In this document: piece by piece, positions 13,218-22,757 of the stretch
Layout: the number at the start of each line of letters is the position of its first letter
Numbering within the stretch: the stretch's first letter is position 1
From: Conidiobolus incongruus B7586
Taxonomy: Eukaryota
Direction of reading: 5' to 3'
Assembly: GCA_000697335.1 (NCBI GenBank)
Contig: JNEM01013675.1
Span: 62,001 to 91,620 of the forward strand
Length of the DNA: 29,620 bases
Notes under the pieces: generated by a model
The model's input: only the letters and a program-made list of their open reading frames with translations
What the model was told of the DNA's origin: nothing
Databases searched by the model: none
Program-made: the position numbers and the translations under genes

Positions 13218-14216
13218 ATGACTCAAGATACTTACTGTACCAATATTGAAAATATTCGAGAAGCTGCTAAATACTTGAGTCAGGTAGTTCACCGCACTCC
13301 TGTTTTAACTTGCGAGAGTTTAAACAAGTTAGCAGGTTTAAAGATTTTATTCAAATGTGAAAACTTTCAAAAAGTTGGTGCTTTTAAATTTCGTGGAGCT
13401 TCGTATACTTTGAAGAAGTTGGAAGACGAGTTAGGTATTGAGGAATTGAAAAAGAGAGGTGTTATTACCCACTCAAGTGGAAATCACGCTCAAGCTTTAG
13501 CTCTTGCTGCTAAACAAAAGGGTATCCCAGCTTATATTATTATGCCTAGTAACGCTCCACAAGTTAAAAAGGATGCTGTCAAAGGATATGATGGTATTAT
13601 TACCGAGTGTTTCCCTAGTCAGGAAGCTAGAGAAACTACTGTTGAAGAGGTTATCAAAAAAACTGGCGCTATTTTCGTACATCCTTATAATAACCCTAAT
13701 ATCATCACTGGCCAAGGTACTGCTATGTTGGAATTGGAAGAACAAGCTAGAGAGATGGGATATGAGTTAGATGCCGTCATTGCTCCAGTCGGTGGTGGTG
13801 GTTTATTATCAGGAACCTGTATTTCCGCTAAAGGAATCAATCCTGAAAAACCCATACTAGTGTTCGCAGGAGAACCTAAGGGCGCTGATGACTGTTATAG
13901 ATCCTTGCAAGAAGGAAAATTAATCCCTATGGTTGATCCCAAAACCTGTGCCGATGGCTTATTAACCAGTATGAAGGAACACACCTATGCTATTATTAAA
14001 GATCATGTCGAAAAGGTATATACTGTAGGCGAGGATGAAATTCGTGCTGCTCAAAAATTAGTTTTGGAAAGAATGAAGATTGTCATTGAGCCTTCTTCAG
14101 CTGTGCCTATAGCTGCTTTGCTTGATAAAAACAATATTCAGACCGAATATCCTCATATTAAAACTATTGGTGTGATTATCAGTGGTGGAAATATTGATTT
14201 GACTAAATTATTCTAA
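13218..14216 (+). CDS. SRR: PLP-dependent serine racemase / serine-threonine dehydratase (fold type II), intronless, 332 aa
   Basis: PLP-lysine motif FKCENFQKVGAFKFRGA; VITHSSGNHAQA; FVHPY...IITGQGT; phosphate-binding PVGGGGLLSG; metal site GEPKGADD; ERMKIVIEPS; C-terminal IISGGNIDL. There is no ACT-like regulatory domain. Confidence 0.9.
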   Translation: MTQDTYCTNIENIREAAKYLSQVVHRTPVLTCESLNKLAGLKILFKCENFQKVGAFKFRGASYTLKKLEDELGIEELKKRGVITHSSGNHAQALALAAKQKGIPAYIIMPSNAPQVKKDAVKGYDGIITECFPSQEARETTVEEVIKKTGAIFVHPYNNPNIITGQGTAMLELEEQAREMGYELDAVIAPVGGGGLLSGTCISAKGINPEKPILVFAGEPKGADDCYRSLQEGKLIPMVDPKTCADGLLTSMKEHTYAIIKDHVEKVYTVGEDEIRAAQKLVLERMKIVIEPSSAVPIAALLDKNNIQTEYPHIKTIGVIISGGNIDLTKLF

Positions 14217-14703
14217 TAAATATAATTATTCATTGCTTAAAAGTGAATATTTCCGTTATATAATGGGGTATTTGAGATAAAAATATTTAATTAATCAGAC
14301 TTTAATATAATATAAAATTGCTTAATAATGTATTTTTATATTGTGAGTGGCAGGAAAATCGTTCAAAAAACATAATAATTTAGTTAATCAAATATGAATT
14401 CATTTAACTGTAAGAAAATTTTGATAATATGTCACTGAAGAGATATTGAGATACTGATGCAAATTAAAAGATAGGGGATTAGATAGATAGAATACGTATA
14501 TAGTTGTAAGATATATATATCATTATTTTATGCCTATTTAATACAAATATTGACCTAAAATAAACTAAATGGATGTCTATTAATATTCAAATCATTGTAA
14601 TTTAGATTCATATATATTTTTAAATAATGTTGTTAATATAGTTTTAATACGATTAAAGATAATTGATTTTACATTGATATTTTCGACAATATCATAAATT
14701 GAA

Positions 14704-16059
14704 TTATAATTGAGCTTCTTCACCATTAATAAATAATTTAAGAAGGTTCAAATCTTCATCTAAGAATAAGAAATCAGCATCGGCACCACAATTCAAAGTA
14801 CCCTTTCTGTCTTGGATACCCAAAACTTGAGCGGGGTGAAGTGTGGCAGCTTCAATGGCTTCAACAGTTGTACATCCTGTGAATTTCTTGAAGTTTTGGA
14901 CACACTCGTACATCTTGACGTTGGATCCGGCAATAGTGTCAGTGCCAGCAATTGTAATTTTCTTACCCTTGACTTCAACATTCATCTTACCCAAAGTATA
15001 AGAGCCTTCAGCTAAACCGGCGGCAGCCATGGCATCAGTGACTAAACAGGCACCCTTAGGGTGAGAGTAGTAAGCGATCTTAACTGAGTTAGGGTGAACG
15101 TGGACACCATCACAGATGATACCATAGAAGGGGCGTTCCAAAGAAGATCCAAGTAAACCAATACATCCAGGATCTCTGTGGTGGAATTGGTTCATAGCAT
15201 TGAATAAGTGTGTAACCATCTTAGCACCTCTGCGAACACCTTCTTCAGCTACTGTAGTGGGAGCAGCAGTGTGACCCAAGCTGACAGCAGGAATTCTCTT
15301 AACTAACTCGGGAATGGTATCAAGCATACCTTCAACATCAGGAGCGACGGTAATCAAGCTGATAGCTTTATTGTGATTGTCAAGTTTGCCATAGACAGAT
15401 TCTAAATCTGAAATACCGTTCTTGGCATCCCTGAGAGTATTGACATCGTGAGCACCGTACTTCAAATCGCTCATGAAAGGTCCTTCAAGATGAGCACCTA
15501 AAATTTCAGCACCATCTTCAACAGTACCCTTTCTAGGAACTAAAGCAGGTAAAACCTAATCAGATGAATACTATTAGCTTCAAGAAGTATAATTAGTTAA
15601 TAATAAAGTAATTACTCTTTCGTAAACATTGGGGAAGGAACTGACAATGGTGGGGCAGTAAGAGGTAACACCCTGACTTAAAATAGCTTTGGATACTTTT
15701 TTGAGTCCTTCTTCAATGGTTTGGTAATCACCAGTGAAATCAACACCGTAAGCACCTAAATAAAGTTGAATGAAAGTAATTAGCTATTGCGAATAGATAT
15801 TTTTTGTGTAATAATATTTACCATTAATTTGTAATTCAATAAAACCGGGGACTACCAAAGATCCTTCAGCGTCAATAATTTGATCAGGGGAACTCTTTTC
15901 TTCGTAGAAGAGTTGAGCAGGGTCAACAAACTTTCCGTCTCTAATCCATAAATAATCATTTTCGATAATTTTGCCATCTTTTAAAATGCGACCATTGATA
16001 ATTTTGGTGATTTTGTTATTAGATACTAATGAAGTTGGAGTTTCGATTGATGGAGGCAT
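14704..16059 (-). CDS. nagA: N-acetylglucosamine-6-phosphate deacetylase (NagA/Dac1/AMDHD2); 3 exons, ~409 aa
   Basis: Exons 16059-15822, 15755-15616 and 15555-14704; introns 15821-15756 (66 nt) and 15615-15556 (60 nt). Spliced motifs: PGFIELQIN|GAYGVDF, GVTSYCPTIVSS, ILGAHLEGPF...GAH, ITVAPD, SLGHT, THLFNAM, GIICDGVHVHP, LVTDAM, TIAGS, ATLHPA, GADAD. The Q-x-N in place of H-x-H indicates the E. coli-type single-metal site. Confidence 0.96.
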
Positions 16060-16160
16060 TATGATATGTGATATGAATTAAAATAAAGAAATAATATTGT
16101 TAACTTAGTGTTAAAAATAATTTAATGAAAAAACATGGAAATTGGAATGCATCACATTGA

Positions 16161-16540
16161 TTTATAGTCCTTAGGTTCAACTATGTGTCATGATAAGTTG
16201 CCACCCTCCAAAGATTCAACGTTTAATTCCCATCCTTCTCTCAGTTATCTTAATTAAATCTTTAGCTTCAGCCAATCAAACACCGCTATCAAGTACATAC
16301 AATGAGTTCAAAATAAATGAGTTAAATTGGTAGGAGATTGAGTGGGTAAAATTGCATAAACCATTTATGAAATCACTCATTCTATTTGTTACTTGTGGAA
16401 TAACTCCATATCTTCACCCACTCGTCACTGATACCTTCTTTACAATATAAGCCATACACTTTGCCAGCCACGTTATTTATCATACCTATTCACAACCGCT
16501 ATCATCATAGCTTTATCAATCTATTGATCAACCATATCAT
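16161..16540 (-). promoter_or_regulatory. Putative nagA promoter: TATA, CCAAT and clustered GATA motifs
   Basis: Minus-strand TATAAA at 16161-16166 (~100 nt before the ATG); AGCCAATCA at 16270-16278; TGATAAG at ~16191; ACCGCTATCA exactly twice (16282-16291 and 16495-16504); further TTATCT/TTATCA sites. The segment is visibly GC-richer than the DNA beyond 16550. Confidence 0.45.
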
Positions 16541-18435
16541 TTTAGCTTAATTAATCTGATTAATATACTAATTATTATTATAATTAAAATTTATCAGATA
16601 TTAATAAAAATTAATAAATTTGATTAAATTAGATAGATTTTTTAATTGTCCCATCAAAAGCGATTAATTTTTCCAATGATCCATATAATATTTTTATTAA
16701 GTTTCGAAGTTTATATGTCATTTAATACTGTTTAATATTCTATCACATTATTTAATTTTTATATATTCAAATAGTTAGATTTAAAATTTTTATATTATTG
16801 GTTCTAGTTTGTGTAAAATATAATAACTGAACAAAGGTATGTATAACAAATAGAATTAATAAATGATTTGATATTTTTGATAGAATAACCTGCTAATAAA
16901 CTTAAAAAAAAACAATTAAAAATATTTCCCATTATTTTTAATTTAATATCAGATTATTAAATAGTCACTTTTTTTGAAAATTTAAAAAAATAAACAAAAT
17001 TTTAATTAGTATCAAATAATTTATACATAAAAAATGTAAATTATAATTGCTTCATATGTTAAAAATTACTATTATTATCATTGATCTTTATTTAAATAAT
17101 GAATTCATATTATACAGAATACTAATGTAATGATTGATTGATATATTAGATTACGAACATTTTCCCACCATTTCGGGACAACTCAATCATATAATTCCCT
17201 TAACTCCTTTTGGTCATTTGATTACGTTGATGGAAATTAAGTGACTTGGATAATATTTCAGAAAGATCGTCATGATATGATAGATAATAAACTTTATTTC
17301 CAAAGTTTATGATTTTAAATCATTTTGAGTGCAAGAAAATTGTTTCATTTTAGGAATTGATGAATGAACCAAGTTAATTAATAAAACACCATTTGAGAGA
17401 TTATTATCATAAAATGGGACAAATTATAGATATTGACACGTTGAGATATTCATAATATTTCATTATATATCAATAAATGAAATAAGAGTAAAAATTATAT
17501 ATATAAATAATATCAATTAAGTAATCGTCATATTAGTATTTATATATTGTATAGAATTGAATTTTTCAAATTCAAAATCTATAATATTAATAATTCCATT
17601 TTTAATATCTCAAATCAATATGCAATATTTCAATTTATAAAAATATTCAGATAAAAAAGTTATTATTCAATATACTATTTCAACAATGATTTAAATATAT
17701 CATTCGAAATTCTATTTTATTATGATAACATTAATATATTTGATCTTTAAATTTAGTTGTCATACCTGAACTGATAATAAATTCATTTTAATTTCCATTT
17801 TAAAACCATATCAAAATTTAATTCAAAAAATTAATAAACAATTTATTAGTATAAATTGCTAATATTTGATAGAATACAATAACTATTTAATATAGAAAAT
17901 ATTGATAAAATAGATTTATGATTCAATGTATATTGATTTGTTTCTATTTTGGAAACATTATATCAAGTAATTTTACTATTATCCTTCTACATCTGTTTTA
18001 TTAAAAATAAAACTATATTGAATTATTTGTTTGTTATATATGATTGAGGTTCAATATTATCACACTAGTTATTGAAATTTTTGCAATGTAACCTTTATTC
18101 AATCATTATTAATATTAAAGATGAAGGCATCATTTTATTATTTATAATTTGATATAAAATAAAATAAATCCATTATACTAGATAATGTATCCATAAATAA
18201 TACATTAGGGTCAAAAATGCATTGATTGATAATTATAATGTATTCAAGTGGATACTAAAATCAAATATACTAAACAAAATGCTGTGTAGTAAAAATATTA
18301 AATATTTAATAGTCGTTGGAGTATATGAGAGATTAATTCAGATTGAATTTATATCATGTAATGAAAATTTAAGAATTGAAATATATCTAAATTTTATTTG
18401 ATATTAAATACAATTAATGCATTTACCCAATTTTA

Positions 18436-18506
18436 AGCAATTCCTGAGAATCAAACCCAGATCGCAGGATTCAAAGTCCTAGTTTTAACCATTACGCCCG
18501 CAAAGC
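18436..18506 (-). pseudogene. Degenerate tRNA-Gln(UUG)
   Basis: The minus strand reads GCTTTGCGGGCGTAATGGTTAAAACTAGGACTTTGAATCCTGCGATCTGGGTTTGATTCTCAGGAATTGCT. It retains the D-loop GTAATGGTTA, the anticodon arm AGGA-CTTTGAA-TCCT, the variable region GCGAT and the T-arm CTGGG-TTTGATT-CTCAG. T-loop TTCGA is changed to TTTGA, the D and acceptor stems are broken, and it is ~1 nt short. Confidence 0.8.
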
Positions 18507-20325
18507 TTAGTGGTTGAAATATCCAATTAATCTAATTCATGTATTATATCATATACCTATTCTTTATTAAACTGATCTTGAATAATTAATATCTTGTGTC
18601 AGTATCATTATATATGTTCACATGATTTTCTTAACTTTTTTATTTATACAATATTCTGTATAGATCTTGTGGTATTGTAACTTATATTACTTGAATTTTT
18701 AGATTGTTAATTTTTGAATTATTTTGTCAATTTTATTATGAATAAATTTAACTTTAATATATCATTTAAATTAGGCTATTATTTTCAGCTATACTTCAAT
18801 CTAATCAACTAATAATATAATACAAATAAAGTTCAATCTTATATTAAATATTATATTCTAAATTTGAATATATATTTATAAAATATAATTTTGAATCATA
18901 TTAAACAAAATATTACCTCTTTATATATTATACTAAAAGATTATATAGGTTTATTTTTTTAATTTTTTTTAGCTTTTTAAATATATTATATATTTTATTT
19001 CAATTTATAATATATTTTTTCTTTTTCATTTTTAATGAGTTTGTTATTATTCAAATTAAAGATTTTAAAATTTTTTTTTAAAAATTTATAAAATTTTAAC
19101 TTTTTTTTTAATTTTGCATTGATCAAATATATTAATAATTTCAAAAATCAAATTTTATACAAAAATAAATAAGAGAGTTTATAGGGTTATACATTATATA
19201 TATTTTAAATAATTTATAAAAATTAATATCATATTTGATTAAACCTTAACCAAATAAAAACCCTTAAAATTTTTATTTTAATATCAACAAAATCCAATTA
19301 TAGATTTATCAAAATTATTTAAAGTTGACAAGCAACCTAGGGAAATAATACCTATCCAAAAACACTATTTATAGTTAAGTTATTCAACTTAAAGCTAAAA
19401 GGCAAATTATTCAAAATTTACCAAAGTTTAAAAAACTAATCTTAATCTTTTTAATAATTAAAAAACAAATTATATTAAAACCAGAATTTTTTTATTAATT
19501 AAAATATTATCAAACTTTTTTAATATTAGTTTTATAAACAAAACTTATATATATATAAATTTAATTAAATTAATAAAAATATTAAAAATAAATGATAATA
19601 TCTAAAACTAAGCTAAGTATATTAAAATACTATTAAAAATATATTATTAGTATAAAATTATTCAAATCATTAAATTATATATCTAATTATATAATTATTC
19701 ATTAGAAAATAAAGTACAATACTTTGATAGGATTAAATATACCCTTTATAAATTTTAATCAAAAGCTATTTTATTAAAAACAAATAATAAAATTATATAA
19801 TCTTATTATACATTTTTACAATATAAGAAAATAAATAATAAAAATAACTAAACATTCAATTATAAAAGTTCTTATGAATTAAAATATATAAATAATTACC
19901 ATATTTGGTATAATTATTAGGTTATAATTTTTATTATTTTAATTATTTTAAGAAATTAAAAATATTTTTAAAATAAAGCTAAACTCAATAAATGAATTTA
20001 ATTAGTTAGTAAAATAATATATTTAATCATTAATAAAAAAAGAATTTTTGTATTAGAAGTTTTAAAACAGTTTATCAGAGTTATAAATAAATAAAAAAGA
20101 ATATTAATTTTAGAAAATTTATAATTTATAATTAAAATAGAATCGGAGTTTGACTTGATAAATTATTATTAATTAATTTTTGGAATGATAAGTTCTTAAT
20201 TGTCATCACTCATACCAAATATTTTAATAACTTTTTATCTATAATCGAAATTTTTTAAAAAGCTATATTAATAAGTTAATGAATATACGCTTAAATTTTA
20301 TGATATAGTTTTCATTATTTCTTCC

Positions 20326-20361
20326 ATATATATATATATATTATTATTATTATTATTATTA
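20326..20361. repeat. Compound microsatellite (AT)8 followed by (TTA)7
   Basis: Read directly: atatatatatatata ttattattattattattatta. Confidence 0.85.
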
Positions 20362-22757
20362 AGATAAATACATTATATTATAGTATATAAAAATTGATTT
20401 GTACCTTGAATAATCAATCTTATTAATATATTCAAGCTAAGTCTTTTAATGAAAGGCTTTTGATAATAAATTAAGATCTTTAATATTGGCTTTTACGTTA
20501 ATTTTAATGCAATCATTTTATTTCATAGCTTCATGTTTTGAAGTATAGTCAACCATTAAGTATTTGCTAATCGGTCTTGAATACATTATACCAAAAATAT
20601 TAGCTAACAAAAGCAGTGAGTATATCCGAAATCACATTTTTTAAAGGGATAAAAATTATATTTTATAATTTATTCATATATATATTAATCGAATGAATTA
20701 CGCTATAATAAAATATTAAAATAAATAATTAATATTTTCAATGATAGAATAATTTCATCATTTAAAATCTCACAACTAACCATAATTGAATATCAATTTA
20801 ACTAATTATTATTCAGAACCATAAAAATATGATAATATACCACACGTTTTAATTATACAGTTTTTATAATATAATTAAAATTTGCATGCTGATCAACATT
20901 TTTATCACCTCTTTACTGTGATCAAATATAATACCTGTTAAATTCTAGATTTTTGGAACAAAAGGTTCACATCTTAAAATTTGATATTTTCTTTTTAAGA
21001 TTAGTAACTATAAAGATAAATTATAATTATCACTGAGTATATTCGATCAATTATTGTATTCAAATATATGATATTCTCTTTAATTGTATATTAATTCTAA
21101 TAATTATTTTTAATTAATTTTTATTTTATTTATACAATAATTATTGTAAAATAAATTATCTAAATTTTAATTTGTTTTTATTACTTACAAGTTATTTCAG
21201 TTTCTAAATTTTATATGAGAATAAATTATTTCCAAGTTGATCATTTCAAAGATTAAGCTTTGTGAAGTTAAAAATCGTTAATACATACTTAACATTATAT
21301 GATTGATTAACAATAATGAAGGATATTACAAATTAGCACCAATTTTCATGAAAAGAAATTATATTGATTATATTCAGATTAGTTGGCATGTTAATTACAT
21401 ATTAAATTGAAAGTATTTGCATATGCACCACATATATCATTTGGAGTCAAAAATTTTAATTTTTCAATGTATCAAAAATATATAATTAAAACTAGTTGAT
21501 ATTTCAAATTATTTAACAAATACTCCAATTCATTTCAGTTTGTTAAGATGTTAAATTAATATTAAATTCTTTATATGAAACTCAATACAAAGTATATAAA
21601 ATCATTAATTAATATTTGATTTCAATAAAAAAGGTATCTTTCTATCATCAATATAATGAATATTCGCTCAAATAATGTTTAATAAAAATTAATTAAATAA
21701 ATTTCATGGTAATATGATTAATAAGATGAAAATTGTAACTTCAAAATTATTAAGTGATGTTAAATTATAATTAAACTAGAATAAAATGTGTAAATATGAT
21801 TCAATAAATCAAATTAATTGAATTTAATATACCTTTATTTTGAAATTTATAACAATATTATTGAAGTAAGAATCATCAAGACATAGTTTTTAACATTCGA
21901 TATTAGTAATTTTAATCAACAATATAAAGATAACATGCTATAATCTAAAAATTCTAGAGTACAATTTAAACTAATTCTATATTCTTTATAAAATTAAATT
22001 TTAAAAAATCTAATTAGATTAAAAAAGGTTATATTAATTTTGAAATATTACAAGTTTGGATCAAATAAACATTTGGTAAAAATATGATGATGATTGTAAC
22101 TAAATTTCTACCTGACAATAAAATAATTACCCCAATAAAGGGTTATAATTTAAGTATTTTAAAACACACTTTGTAATGGATATCTCTCAAAAACTTTTCA
22201 TATATTAACCAAGTTAGTGTTTGGACTAAAGCTATCAAGTTTGTAATAATGGACTGATTTCTAAATCTAATGTGAAAAATTATTAGAAAGGATTGGAATA
22301 TAACTAAATAGGGTAAAACAGAAGGCCATCCTCAATAAATTATGCAATATAAAGGACTGGTTAATAAATTAGATTTAGACCAATAGTTTAGCAAAAGAAA
22401 TTAGGGTTTACCTCTTATTTATGCGAAATCGCGAGGATTTTTAAGGGATATGAAATCTAGTGATGATTAAACAGGTTTTAGCTCAATTACTCTCTCATTA
22501 AAAAACTTTCTATAGAAATTTTTTCATGAGAATTATTTGTTTGAATCAGTCATTTCTGTTGTCATTATATGTAAACTGTGTTAAACTTGATTGCTTATCC
22601 ATCTGAATAGCCATATAAATACTCACTAACTCTTTATTTTGTAATTAATCTTTTGGTATCAGCAATAACTATTGTTCATTTATAGTAGCTACTTTTTATT
22701 GTGAATATTGTTTATAATTTACTATCTATCAAACCAACAGTAATAAATAGAACAAAA

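Noticed and set aside
13497..15015. Short ORFs overlapping serine racemase and nagA
   Set aside because: Alternate-frame or antisense shadows of conserved genes.
13218..16059. Racemase/dehydratase plus nagA as a GlcNAc catabolic cluster
   Set aside because: The PLP enzyme is not glucosamine-6-P deaminase (NagB), and no kinase or transporter is present. They are merely convergent neighbours.
17150..17460. Mildly GC-elevated patch with short reading frames
   Set aside because: The frames I translated contain stops and no identifiable motif.
18501..20143. Classical RIP signature
   Set aside because: CpA/TpG steps remain common; only CpG is visibly absent.
22701..22757. GTG start extending GH81 by 19 aa
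   Set aside because: Eukaryotic gene. The extension is AT-rich UTR-like sequence, not a signal peptide, and an ATG in good context lies at 22758.
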